Source of the DNA: Geosiphon pyriformis uo1
Lineage: Eukaryota; Fungi; Glomeromycota
Assembly (NCBI GenBank): GCA_016748015.1
Contig: JAAOMT010000664.1
Span: 811,518-875,517 of the forward strand
DNA length: 64,000 nucleotides
Direction of reading: 5' to 3'
The position numbers and the translations under genes are program-made. The notes under the pieces were generated by a model, which was not told the DNA's origin, did no database searches, and was given only the letters and a program-made list of their open reading frames with translations. Positions 34,470 to 47,319 of this stretch are shown here, in pieces (within the stretch, counting starts at the first letter, position 1; each line of letters starts with the position of its first letter).

Positions 34470-36034
34470 ACTGGAATAGTGATTCCATCAATTGTGAAAG
34501 GGAAATTGTCAATTTCTCCTACTGGGGTCTTTTTCATACCATCAGCAGTGACAATAACTGTTTGGGCAGGTCTATCCACATTCCGGTGGAGCTGTTGCAT
34601 CAGTTGGTAAGTGATGATGCTTCCGGCGAATCCACTGTCTAAGATTAAGCGGATTTGTTTTCCTTCTACTTCAGCCTCCGTATACATAGCTGTAATTGCT
34701 TTTTGTTCATTGACAGCTGCATTGCTAAGCAAGAATGGTGATTCGTTTGCTTCAAATTCAAATGGGAATATATCTGAAAGGTTGGCGTTTTCGGCAATCT
34801 TTGCTGGTGGGATTGTTTGGTTGTTGGTAGAAGGGTTTTGTCTTGGCGCTGCAACTTCACCTTCAAAAAGTGCAGTTTGTTGAAAATTCTGTTCCTCTGG
34901 CAATGTTAAGTAACTTGGTTGTGTTTGGTAATGATTATGTCTCTGTTGAATCGGATTTCTGGGTACCAATTGATTGTTGGAGCTAGTTCTGTTGTTGTTG
35001 TTTTGAAAACGATTTTGTGGTGTGAATTGATTTTGTTGAGTGATTCTCCTAGCAGGTACTTGGTATTGTTGAACTGGAGGTGGTTGTTGATATTGTGCAA
35101 TTGGTGGAGGTTGTTGGTATGGCTGTTGCATTAGTTGGGGAGCGGGTTGATAATAGTTGTTCTGGTACTGTGGTCTTGGTGAATGATAAGCTGGTGGTGG
35201 TGGAGATTGATAGTATGATTGTTGTGGTTGGGAATGACGTTGATTATTCCTTTGCTGCTGGTCTCTTTGCAACTTCCTACAATCTCGTTTCCAATGTCCT
35301 GGAATTCCACAATAGTGGCAATTCTGGGGTTGACCAATGGGTGCTGATGAGAAGTTTCCTTGGTTCCGTCGTTGGGGTGGTTGATATCTTTGCGGTTGTT
35401 GCTGTGGTTGTTGTTGATTGGTGAAGTAGTTTTCAACTTTCTTGGTAAGCTGGTCAATTTTCTCTTCAGCTGCTGAGCTGGTTTCACCAATGGCAAGGTT
35501 AACAAGCTTTGTGCAGTTAGCTTCTTCCATAGCCATTTCGTAATTTTTCGCATGGCGAATGGCAGTAGCTAAATCTTCTGGGTTGTGTGGGCGAACTTTC
35601 TTGATCAGTTTGTCCTTTAGTCCAGCAATAAATTGATCCAAAATCTGAGCGTTGGAGTAATATTCATCGGTTTCCAATTGGCGAATTCTTCTGAGTAGTT
35701 TGTTGAACTTTCCAAGGTAGGTCATGACTGATTCTGATGGATCTTGCTTGATGTTTCGGAATCGGTTTCGGAGTGTGATAGAGGTGTTGTTGTCGGTGAA
35801 CTGTTGAAGAAAAGCATCTTTGAATGCTTGCCAGTCTTCAAATGGTCCTTCCAAATTTTCGAACCATTCTCCGGCCGTTCCTTGGAGAAAGTAAGGAATT
35901 GCTTTGAGCATTCTGGCTGCATTCCATCCATTCGCATCTCCTGCTTTCGAAACTTTGTCAAGCCATTCTTGAGGACTGGTATCGCTATCTTCACCAGTAA
36001 ATTCGGAAATTTTTGCAATATAAGCGGTTGCCAT
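34470..36034 (-). CDS. gag: A2 Gag-protease (partial, bounded by gaps)
   Basis: Uninterrupted ORF with gag domain, CHYCGIPGHWKRDC knuckle, Q/P-rich region and LILDSGFAGS protease. Homologous to decayed D at 42440-43995. Confidence 0.9.
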
Positions 36035-36157
36035 TTCTTCGTTTTCAAGGTCTTCTGGTTCTTCCTGTTCTGATTCAGTTCCTTCGCTTTCTAGGTTCTC
36101 AGAATGATTACTTTGATTCTCTTGTAAGTAATCAAGAAGGTTGGTGCTAGTTGATAT

Positions 36158-36427
36158 NNNNNNNNNNNNNNNNNNNNNNNNNNNNNNNNNNNNNNNNNNN
36201 NNNNNNNNNNNNNNNNNNNNNNNNNNNNNNNNNNNNNNNNNNNNNNNNNNNNNNNNNNNNNNNNNNNNNNNNNNNNNNNNNNNNNNNNNNNNNNNNNNNN
36301 NNNNNNNNNNNNNNNNNNNNNNNNNNNNNNNNNNNNNNNNNNNNNNNNNNNNNNNNNNNNNNNNNNNNNNNNNNNNNNNNNNNNNNNNNNNNNNNNNNNN
36401 NNNNNNNNNNNNNNNNNNNNNNNNNNN
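36158..36427. other. Assembly gap (N run)
   Basis: Run of n. Confidence 1.
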
Positions 36428-36903
36428 AAGCTCTTCTTTTATACAACTTGTTGTAGTACTAGTCTTTGAACTTGCACTTTTTCTCTTTTCTAGAATTTCG
36501 GTGAACTAAAAATACATTTCGGCGAACTACAAGTTATTTCGCTGAACTATGAATTATTTCGGCCAATTTTCATTAATTTCGGCGAATTTTGGCTATGTTA
36601 TATGGTTCAGGGTATTGTGTAAATTGATCATCTCAATTTCTATGGTCCAAATCGGGTTATTGATTAAATGATGATAATTGTTAATTTGATTAAATAATAA
36701 GTGAAATTCGAAATGATAATAATATATGCTAATTAATGATAGGAATTATAAAGGAAATTTCATGCTAATTAATAGCTAAAATTCTACTGGTAACAACGGC
36801 AGAATTCAAGAACAGTAAGATTAGGGGTTTTTGTCACCACTTTTGTCTTTTCCTTTTTAGCAATGAATTATTGCTAATTATTATTTCCTTTTTGATTTTC
36901 TTT

Positions 36904-36920
36904 CCTCATAGGGTTTACCA
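36904..36920 (-). promoter_or_regulatory. Primer-binding site of element C
   Basis: Minus strand TGGTAAACCCTATGAGG, 2 nt after the LTR. Differs from the A/B PBS. Confidence 0.7.
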
Positions 36921-36922
36921 AA

Positions 36923-37788
36923 TGTTACGGGATGGTTTTCTTGTTATATTTAATTGCTGATATCCCGCTTTAATTGCAATCAGTCTTTCGTGAGTTCCTC
37001 AGTTCTATTTGTGTGTTAATGTCACTGTTACACTGAAGGCTTTCTTTTTACTGTTGCGATGTAAGTTATTCTTTAATTCTTGATTGTTGTGTGTGTTTAT
37101 GTACTCCTTCTCAGAGACTGAACTGAAATCTACCCACTGTCTGGGGTCTTCTCTGAGGCTATCCTTGCAATTGCCTGATGTGTTTCTCTAATCTAGAAAC
37201 ACAGAATGTTAATGGTCTTTAGTGCTTTTCTAATTCTCACAATAAAGCCTTTATCAATTAGTAACAACGTGAATAATCTTGATCAAGGATTATTCTTCCA
37301 AGGGATTCAGTTGATGAATGATAGTTTCATTCAATAAATAATACAAGTAAGTTTCTTAATACTTTGGGTTGTGATAGTTCAGTTTTAAATATTTTTTTTC
37401 ATTTTTTTTTGATTTTAAAGGTTTCTTGGGATATTTAATTTGAAAGTATGATTTAAAGTGGAGTTTGTTGGATAAAATTGGATCTATTGCTTGATAAGTT
37501 ATGATTTTTATTACTTGATTGATTCTTTCCCAATATTAAAACTACTGTATATATACATGTTTGTAGTTCTACGAGAAAATACTTTCTTTTTGATATTTCA
37601 ACCTGGTGCTTGCTGCTATCACCAGTTGGTGTTGGCTGCTATTGTGAACTGGTGCTTGCCACTATCGCGAGATGGTGTTTGCTACTATATTAATCATTAC
37701 CTTTCTAAGATTATTACTGTGCTATATTATGATTGAATAGTTTGTATTATTTTTATGATTCTTTTTGCTAAATTCTTAAACCGTAACA
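36923..37788 (-). mobile_element. C 5' LTR
   Basis: TGTTACGG...CCGTAACA inverted termini; near-identical to 60451-61333 and to 28742-29283. Confidence 0.95.
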
Positions 37789-37792
37789 ATGT

Positions 37793-40700
37793 GTACCAAT
37801 TTGTAGAATTAATGATTCAGGATTGTTTCTGAAATGATAGTGTTTTAATCTATCTCCATGTACAACTTTTGCTAGTACTTTGTCATCAAGTCTTAGCTTG
37901 TATAATCTATTGCCTAGAATTTTATGGATATAAAATGGTTCATCTCATTTATGTTCAAATTTTCCATTCTATTGTTTTTCAGCCTTAGTTCTGTGTAATA
38001 AAACTTTATTTCCAACTTTAAATTCGTTGGTAACTGGTGGTAGTTTGTTGTCATGTCTTTTTTTTTATAGGGCTTGAGAGTGTTCAATATAAGTGGCTGC
38101 TATGTGTCTTTTTTCTTTTAATGTACTAAAAAAAGTGTAGGCTTTTCTTTGGAGTGTTTCTTGGAAGTTTTTTTCATTGATTGGTTGCACTGGATATGTT
38201 TCTACTGTGAAATTAATTGGTAATGTTGTTGTCCTTTCATAAGTAAGATCAAATGGTATGTATTTCATAGTATCTTGTTTTAGTGTTCTGTATGCTAGTA
38301 ACATTGATGGAATAAAAATATCTCATTCTTGCTCAAAATTTGTTGAGACTTTGGCTAAAGATTCACACAATGTTCTGTTGAAATGTTTTACAAATCTATT
38401 TGTTTGAGGGTAATAAGGTAATAATAAAGGTCTTTTAACATTGAATTATTTACAAATTTCTTGTATTAAGTCATTCACAAAATGTGTTCTTTGATTAAAT
38501 AAAAGTTCAATTGGGCATCTATGTCTACAAATAATGTCTTCATAGATGAAATTTGTTACTGATTTTGCATCTGCTTTTTGGATGGCTCTAGCTTCAGGCC
38601 ATTTGGTAAGATAATCTATTGCAACTGCAATATAATGATTTCCTTGGGTTGTAATAGGTAATGGTTTGACTAAATTAATTCCAACTCTGTCAAAAGATTG
38701 TCCAACTTTGATTGGATTTAAGAGTTTTGTAGGGCAAGTTCTTCTTTTTCTTTGACAACTATCACAAGATTCTACATATTGTCAAATGTTTTTTTGTATG
38801 TAAAACCAAAAATAATGTTCAAGAGTTCTTTGAATTGTTCTATTTCTTTCCAAGTGTGCTAAAGAAGAATTTGTGTACATGTTGTATAGAATTGTTTTTT
38901 TTTCATTTTTCTGTACTAATCTGAGTAGTTGGTTTGGATTTCTGCGATTTTTGTAATAAATTTTATTATAGTGTATGAAATATTGTTTGAATTGGTATTG
39001 TAAATAATGTTTTTTACTTGGAGACCAATTTTCTGGTATGATAAGAGTCTCCAAATAATTTTTAAGGTTGTTGTAATTTTGAGATTCATTGTTGTTTGGT
39101 TATTTTGTTGGTAAGTTGGTAAGTTGGTAGATTTGTTGTTGGTGTTAATCTTGTCTTCTTTTTAAAAGACTATCAACATTGGTGTGTAATCTTTCTGGTT
39201 TGTGGTGTATAATATATTTGTAGTTTGCTAGAAAGTCATTTCATTGAGACTGTTTAGCACTTTGTTCAGTTTTCTTTTTATTGAGCCATTTGAGGCCAAT
39301 ATTGTTAGTTATGATGTCAAATTCTTTTCCATTTTTTAGGTATTGTTGAAAATGTTTAAGAGCCCAAATAACTGTGGCAGCTTTTAATTCAGTTGAGCCA
39401 TATTTGAGTTCTGTTGGTTTAAGTGTTCTACTAGCATAGGCAATAACTTATTCCTGGCCATTTTCATTCAATTGTAATAGGATAACATCAAATGCTATGT
39501 GTAAAGCATTAGTGGTTAGTTAAAATTGTTTGTTGAAGTCTAAATAAGCAAGAACTGGAGCTGTTGTTAATTTTGTCTTGAGAGTTTTAAAAGCTTTTTG
39601 TTGTTCCTCAGTCCATTAGTATGGCATGTTTTTATTGATAAGATAATTGAGTGGTTTGGCAATTTTTGAGAATTCTTTTATGAATTTTCGATAGTAAGAG
39701 GCTAATCTTACAAATCTTTATAGTTTTGTGGTATTTTTGGGAGTTTGAAAGTTCTTGACAGCACTAATTGTTCCAGAGTTTGGTTTGACTTCATCTTTGC
39801 TGACAATGTGTCCAAGAAAGATTAAACTTGTTTTTCCAAAGTGACATTTCTCAATGTTCAACTTTAATCCTGTTTTTCATAATCATTGAAAAACTTCTTG
39901 CAAGTGAATAAAATGAGCTTTAAAGCTTGGTAAATATACATCAGTGTTATTAAGATAGACAACTACTGATTGCCATTAAAGTCTTTCATATACAACATCC
40001 ATAAGTTGCTGGAATGTTGCTGGTACATTGCAGAGTCTAAAAGGCATGACATTGAATTCATAGTTTTTTTCTTGAGTGGTAAATGCTGTTTTGGGTCGAT
40101 CTTTTGGGTCCATTTCGACTTGCCAGTATCCACTTTCCAAGTCTAAAGTTGAAAAAAACTTGGCTTTTCTTAAGGCATTTAGCATGTTATCAATTCTTGA
40201 AAGAGGGTAAGCATCTCCAATTGTCACACTGTTCAGTTGGCAATAGTCAACACAGAATCTGATTTTTCCATTTTTCTTTTTAACCAAAACTACTGATGAG
40301 GCCCATGGACTTCTTAATGGTTGAATCAATTTGTTATTAAGCATTCTTTGAACTTCTTCTCTAATAAATTGGTGGTTAGCAGGTAGAACTCTATAAGCTT
40401 GTTGATGTTTTGGTAGAGCATCTCCTGTGTAGATTTGATGTTGGACAATATCAGTTTTTCCAAAATTATTGTTGTTTTTTGCAAATATATCTGCAAATTC
40501 AGCTATTAGTTGTTTCAATTGTCTTTATTGTTGAGGTTCTAAGGAACCCATGTTGATTTGAAAAAGGTTTTCTTTTAATATGTAATAGTTTTCAGTAGTA
40601 GGGATGATGTTTGGGTTGAAAAGTAGGGTATGTCTCACAATTTCAATAAAATTAGAGACAATTTAAGGGTTTTTATCTTGAAAGATGTTACTATGTATGA

Positions 40701-43700
40701 TTTTAATTTCTAATTTATTTAATAAGACAATAGAGTAATTGTTGGGGTTGTAGAATATAACTCAAAATTTCTTCATTTCTTTGGAAATAAAAACGTTTGG
40801 AATTGAGATTTCATGTTTTAAACAGATTTGTTTATTAGATTCAAAGATTTGTTGGGTAGTGGTGGGTTTTGAGCAAGTGTAAATTTTAAGATTCATTCTG
40901 TGCATTAAGATCTATGTTTACTAGAACTGTAAATTGTCCAGTTGAACCAAAACCTTGAATTCCTCTTTCACTTTTTCCCAATTGTTCTCTGTTGTTAACT
41001 GATTGTAAACCCGAAATGTTGATTAAGAGTAGGTAAATTGCTTGGGCAATTTTTTCAGCATGTTTTATCTTGAATGGTTTTTCAGTTTTATTTTGTAGCA
41101 TGATAGTGATGTCTCCAGTGTATTCTGCATTTATAATTTCTTCTCTAATGTTGATTTCTTTGCTTGCCAATGATGATCTGGATGCAATTTGAATCATTGC
41201 TTCAGATGGGATTTTAAGAGCAATTTTGAGGTTGATTTTTGTCAAGGACTTTGGTTGGAGAACCAAAGTATTCTTTTCTGAATATTTTAGATCATATTCA
41301 GCATCAATCTTAAGTGCTTTTTCTGGTTTGATTTTTTGGCCATGGTTGTTGAAATATTTAAGTTGTAGGGGTGGTTGATTTTCAAAAAGATAGATGGGGG
41401 TGGTTGGTAGTTTTTCTGCCAGTTTAGATACTCCAAATTCGATTTCATTTTTATCATTCTCATTTGGCAGGGGAATACTAAAAGCATAGCATTCTAAACA
41501 CCATTGGTCATCACAAGGCATAACACATTTTTTACATAATTGAATGTTTATTTGCTCTAATCATTGAATTTGAGCTTCTTTGGTTGAGTATATATGACTT
41601 GCAATTTGGTGGTAGGTTTCTACTTCATCTTTATAATCAAATCCAGCTAATTCTATGGTGTATTCAATATATTCAGCTTCTTTTATTTGGTGGACATTTT
41701 CTTGTGTGGCTCTATTAATTAAAGTTATCACTAGATCAAAGATCATTTCAGCATCATAAAAATAGTAATAGAGTTTGTTGAGAGCACTGTTGTATGCTGC
41801 ATTAAAGGGTGTTCCTCTTCTGACTTTTTCCGAAATTGATAAAACATATTGACAGGTTTGATTACATACTCCTCCTCTTATTGCAACATCAATTCAATTG
41901 TATTCTTCTGATAACATATCTCTACATGTAAAACAAGGTGTGTTGTCCTATTTTCCACTTTTTTTTGGAAATCCAAATCATTCTCTATGGCATGTTTTAT
42001 AGAAGTAGCAGATGCAAGTTTCATATTCCTCTTTTGAAAAAATACAGGCTCCTATAGATGAAAGCTTTTTCTTGCAATTTTTGCATTTCAATGAGATATA
42101 GGATGGTTCTTTTCATGGTTCTGATATGGAATATCTAACTTTCTTCCATCCTTTTAATTTTTCAAAAATTTTTTGTTCTGTTTCCTCAGTCCAATTAGAT
42201 GTTGATCTAAGAGCCATGTAAGTTTTAGTAAGTGGTATTTCTTTCTCCTTTTCAAATTCAAATACTGGGGCTTTTTCTGATCATTTGTTGAAAGTACTAC
42301 AAGTAGCAAATACTATAGTGTATTGTTCTTGGTATGAGATTTTGAGTTCTTGAGTTTCTCAGTCTAAGTTTGCATTGGCTTTGAAAAGCCAATCATTTCC
42401 GACAAGAGCTTAGTATTGGAGTGTATTCATGACTAGAACTTTAACTGGAATGGTGATTCCATCAATGATAAATGAGAAGTTGTTAATTTCTCCTACTGGG
42501 ATTTTCTTTATGCCATTAGCTGTAACAATTACAGTTTGGGCTGGTTTGTCAACAGTTCTTTAAAGCTGTTGTATTAATTGATAGATGATAATACTTTCAG
42601 CAGATCTACTGTCTAAAATTAATCAAATGGGCTTTCCTTCTACTGTAGCTTCAATGTACATAGCAGTGATAACTTTTTGCTCATTGACTGCTGCATTGCT
42701 AAGCAAGAATGATGATTCATTTGCTTCAAATTTAAATGGGAATATATCTGAAAAGTTGGCATTTTGGGCAATTTGAGCTGGTGGAATTGTATTGTTGGAA
42801 GAGTTTAATCTTGGTGCTGTAGTTTCACCTTCAGAAAGTGCAGTTTGTTGAAAATCCGATTCTTCAGACATTGTAAGATAACTGGATTGAGTGTGAAACT
42901 GAGTGGGTCTTTGTTGAACAGAATTTTGAAGAATTAGTTGATTATTGGGGTTAAATCTGTTGTGGTTTGTTAGAAAATGGTTTTGTGGTGTGAATTGGTT
43001 TTGTTGGACCAATCTTCTGGCTGGTACTTGATATTGTTAAGTGAATAGTATTTGATATTGCTGAGTTGGTAAAGGTTGCTGGTATTGTTGCTGCATCAAT
43101 TGTAAAGCTGGTTGATAATAATTGTTATGATTTTGTGGTTTTGGTGGGTAATAAGTTGGTTGTAGAAATGGGTAATAAGATTGTTGTGGTGAAGAGTAAT
43201 GTTAATTACTCCTGTTTTGTTGGTTTTTTTGCAATTTTCTGCAATTTTGTTTCCAGTGTCCTGAATTCCACAATAATGACAATTTTGAGATTGGTTATTG
43301 GATGATGATCCAAAATTGTTTTGGTTGTATCATTGTGGTGGTTGATATCTTGGTAGTTGTTGCTGCTGTTGTTGTTAGTTTGTAAAGTAGTTTTTAACCT
43401 TTTTTGTGAGTTGGTCTATCTTTCTTCAGCTGCTAAGCTGGTTTCTCTGATGGTTAGGTTGACAAGTTTGGTGTGATTTGCTTCTTTTATTGCTATTTCA
43501 TAGTTCTTTGCATGTTTAATAGCAGTGGTTAGGTCTTCTGGAGCATGTGGACAAACTTTCTTAATAAGTTTGTCTTTTAATCTTGCTATGAACTGATCCA
43601 GAATCTGGACATCAGAAAAGTAGTCATTGGTTTCCAATTGCTGAATTCATCGAAGAAGTTTGTTGAATCTTCTAAAATAGGTCATGACAGTTTTAGATGG

Positions 43701-44711
43701 TTCTTGCTTAATATTGTGAAAGCAGTTTTGGAAAGTGATTGAGATGTTGTTGTTGGTAAATTGTTGTAGAAAAGCATCTTTAAATGCTTGCCAGTTTCCA
43801 AAGGGTTCTTCTAGGTTTTCAAACCATTTTTCTGCTGTTTTTTGGAGAAAGTATGGAATTGCTTTAAGCATTTTTGCTGCAGTCCATCTGTTTGCATCTC
43901 CTGCTTTTTGAAATTTGTTAAATCATTCTTGAAAACTAGTATTATTGTCTTTACCTATGAATTCTGGAATTTTTGCAATATAAGCAGTTGTCATTTTTTC
44001 TTTGTTTTCTGTGGTTTCTTTTTGTTCTGATTCAGTTTCTTCACTTTCCAAGTTTTCTGAATGATTACTTTTGTTTTCCTGTAAGTAATCAATAATATTG
44101 GTGCTTGTTGATATTGGTTCCTGCTGTTGAGTAAGATTTCTGGATGACTGAAAATCTTCTGGTCTGGAGAAATAGTTTAGTGGTGAATTTGGTGTTTGTA
44201 GTCGAGTAAGTAAAATTAGAAATGGTGTAATAGAAAGTGGTAATTTGACACTGGTTCCTTGTTCAGGTGTTTGCAAGTATTTGGTAGTTGTATTCGGTGT
44301 TTTTGAAGTATTTGGGGTGGTATTTGAGTGTTGTTTCAGTTTTTGTTTGCCTTTGTTGCTAGTTTTTGTTTTTGATTCAAGGTCAAAAGAGTATTTGGGC
44401 TGTACTGGATATTTTTTTTCATAATACTCAATAATGTTAAAATTAAGTTCTTGAAAGTAGATAGCAAGTATTTCACTGTTTAGGTCTTCTGTTCCCAATT
44501 GTGAATAGTTCATTAAATTATTATAGAAGTTGTTTCTGACTTCTGAAATGTTGTAGTTTTCAAAAAGATAGTTGTTGATATGATTTTCAATGTATTGGTA
44601 TAGTGATTTCTTGAAAATTTCAATTCCATCTTGGATGTTGAATCTTTGCTTGTAGTGAGTGTAGATTAACTGATAATACTCTAGAGTTGTTGTGTCTGGT
44701 GTAGTTGCCAC
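37793..44711 (-). pseudogene. pol: D gag-pol pseudogene (Gag, PR, Cys-rich, dUTPase, RT, RNase H, integrase)
   Basis: ORF fragments 43923-44711 and 43416-43871 (Gag), 42623-43012 (PR), 40886-41521 (dUTPase, RGIQGFGSTG), 39976-40518 (RT, PWASSVVLV...LDLESGYWQ), 38065-39054 (IN). Confidence 0.93.
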
Positions 44712-44738
44712 TTTGAAATTATTATTGCTGTGTTATTT

Positions 44739-44754
44739 CCATGGGAGAGCACCA
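44739..44754 (-). promoter_or_regulatory. Primer-binding site of D
   Basis: Minus strand TGGTGCTCTCCCATGG next to the 5' LTR. Confidence 0.8.
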
Positions 44755-44756
44755 AA

Positions 44757-45728
44757 TATTACTGGAGATTTTTGGTCTCTTTTTTTAAATGTTGTTATTG
44801 TTGATTTGCTGTGAATTCACGTTCTCAGGAAGTAGTTGAACCTCTAGTAACTGAATTTATCTTCAAATTATCTTCTATAATTTGAACTGCTGGGCTTATA
44901 AGTGGAATGACCAATTCCATGTCAGTTGCTTGTGTATAGTTACATTGTAGTAAATGTCAACTCTTTCTCAGGAATTGCTTATCTGGAAGCTCACTAATAT
45001 GTGTAGTTACTTTGCTGTAAAAGTCAACTTTTCTACAGGAATCTTGTCTATAGGCTACCCTAATAATTTTGATAAGAAAGAGAAAAGAAAATAAAAAAAA
45101 TGTAAAAGAAATAGAATTTTATCAAAGAAAATGTTTTCTATCCAGGCCTGAAGTCACTAACAGTTTATTGAAATTGGTAGCTAATCAATTTCAAAATGTT
45201 AGTTGTGTTAAGAAAATTTCAAGTGTAATAATTTTAAGGATTTGTTTTTCGAGTATTTAATTTTTATTTGAATGTATAAAAGGTGATTTGTTTCAATTAA
45301 GATATCTAAAGTAGAATGCTATGGTAAGGTACTATAAGAAGATACATTTTCTTGAAGAGAGAAGCTCTTCTTTTATACAACTTGTTGTAGTACTAGTCTT
45401 TGAACTTGCATTTCTCTCTTTGCTATAATTTGGGTGAACTAAAGATACATTTCGGCAAACTACAAGTTATTTCACTGAACTATTGATTATTTCGGCAAAT
45501 TTTCATTAATTTCGGCGAATTTTGACTATGTTAAATGGTTCAGAGTATTGTGTAATTTGATCATCTTAATTTCTAGAGTACAAATCGGATTATTGGTTAA
45601 GTAATGATATTTGATAATTTGACTAAATAATAAGTGATAATCGAAATAATAATAATGTATGCTAATTAATAATAGAAATTATGAGGGTAATTTCATGCTA
45701 ATTAATAGCTAAAATTCTACTGGTAACA
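44757..45728 (-). mobile_element. D 5' LTR (family A)
   Basis: Pairs with 26830-27805. Ends GGTAACA at 45728. Confidence 0.95.
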
Positions 45729-45732
45729 CTGC

Positions 45733-45868
45733 TCAATATGGCAACGAAAATACCAACAATTCAGACTCCAATTCAAACTCCAAAATATATATTGTGCTTT
45801 CTGATCTCTCGAAAGAACAGAAACTCAGATGGTACAGTAACAACAATGAAGGTATTATGCCAGAATGA
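45733..45868 (+). pseudogene. Continuation of B3 (linker to dUTPase start), then truncated
   Basis: QYGNENTNNSDSNSNSKIYIVLSDLSKEQKLRWYSNNNEGIMPE. Confidence 0.85.
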
Positions 45869-46153
45869 AATAATATTAACAAAATTTATATATAATTATA
45901 TAAATTAAAAAAAATAAATTGGGCAAATATTATAATATAAAATATAATTAATATCTATATTGAGATTTTTCTAGCTGTTACTAATGATCGGCAGCTATGT
46001 GGAAGAACGCCAAATACCAAAAAGCACAAAGACTTGTTCACCTATTGTTTTTTATCGACATAATTATATAAACACTATTATTTTTCAACTGTCCTAATAA
46101 AAAAATCTTTTTCCATATGTCGGTATTTTCAAAGGCAACCTTAAACAAACCAA

Positions 46154-46198
46154 GCCCGGGTAGCTCAACTGGTTAGAGCCTCCGAGTGGTATCTCAGA
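46154..46198 (+). other. tRNA-like 5' half (tRNA pseudogene or SINE head fragment)
   Basis: GCCCGGG-TA-GCTC-AACTGGTTA-GAGC forms a perfect D-arm and A box, followed by an imperfect TCCGAG/CTCAGA stem. No T-arm or B box follows. Confidence 0.5.
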
Positions 46199-47319
46199 TG
46201 GGTCTTTCTCTTGCCTAATCATTTAACTTTTTGTCGATGTTTATACATCAATATGGACTATTGCTCCATTTTTTGTTTCACTTTCTGGGTTTGGTCTTTT
46301 TAAGAGAGCTTCGCGGGTGGAATTGCGAAATTTAGTGTTCAAGTTTCCTACCTTTTCGCTATAGGTTCTGTTTTGCTTGCCTCACTTCTTTCTATGCTTC
46401 CAGTTTTCTGGCATTTTATTTGCTTGCTTTTCTCTTTTGTAATGCTTGATTTAACTCCGCCCTCCCCTCACTATCGAGTGCCTTAATTGATATCCTTTAT
46501 ACAAGAACACACTCAGAATAGGGAAACAAAGACAATTGATGGTTCTATGAATCGACATTAGGGGGTCAATTACTTGCTTGGTTGAGAGAGTTTTTTCTTA
46601 AATATCCTTGATTGTCGGAAGCATCTTGTATATGTCATTAACCAGGCTATGGTCGCATGACTGGGGACAGCTCTTATGATTTTTTTCTCTCGCGTCAGCC
46701 GGCCATTTCTTTACACACACAGAGCTTTCCATGATTCGAAAGCTCGTGAGTGAAGAATGTAAAGAAAGACGGAATGTATAACGGATTAATCTCAAAAAAT
46801 CATGGAATAACTCGATGCCAATCTGTTGATCCTCATGGCAGAAATTATGAATCGGTCATACCGAACAACTAAAAAAATCAAAACTTGTTCTTCCTACAGC
46901 TCAGCATCCTCTTCTAAACGCAGTAATTTGACTTATCAATCAAATATTTTCCATACTTGCGGGTTCACATGCTACGAAGTAACTTGGGAAAACAGGGTCC
47001 GCAAAAAAAGACTCAAAAACGAACAATTACCAAAAAAGTTTCACTTCCCAAATTGACTTTTCTTTCTGACCTTTGAAAACAAAATTTTTTGAATAAAATT
47101 TCACCTCAATAATTGATTACGAACGTCAACTTTCGAGAAACGAAAAGATCAGTCATCACAAAACTCCTTGTCCCTCGCATAAGAAAATCATTACTCGACT
47201 TACAGATCATGTGACGTTTAAATCAAAAGCTACAAATTGTTCACTTCTCTTTGATCGCCCTTCACATATATTCACATGAAAAATCTTTGCCCAAAACTTC
47301 GTCCATTTTCTTTTTTATT

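Larger units (their letters stand above)
33592..36795 (-). mobile_element. Young family-A element A2, partly collapsed by assembly gaps, ACGG TSD
   Basis: ACGG at 33588-33591 and 36796-36799. LTR pieces at 33592-34289 and 36428-36795. CpG retained. Confidence 0.88.
28742..37788 (-). mobile_element. Family-C element, non-autonomous (gag-PR-Cys-dUTPase only), ATGT TSD
   Basis: ATGT at 28738-28741 and 37789-37792. LTRs at 28742-29283 (gapped) and 36923-37788, PBS at 36904-36920, PPT at 29284-29298. Confidence 0.92.
26830..45728 (-). mobile_element. Full-length family-A element D, interrupted by element C
   Basis: LTRs at 26830-27805 and 44757-45728, TSD CCGC (26826-26829) / CTGC (45729-45732), PBS at 44739-44754, PPT at 27806-27818. 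Confidence 0.95.

Noticed and set aside
31420-36073. Antisense and alternate-frame ORFs over gag (for example 31704-32168, 34611-34883, 35080-35424)
   Set aside because: Shadows of low-complexity Q/P/N-rich coding sequence with no independent motifs.
28903-36509. ORFs containing long X runs (28903-29235, 34225-34512, 36141-36509 and others)
   Set aside because: Artefacts of assembly gaps.
46670-46800. Possible selenoprotein K-like ending (MAG-TGA-R) on the minus strand
   Set aside because: The frame has another stop just upstream, lacks the Gly/Pro-rich region, and no SECIS could be supported.
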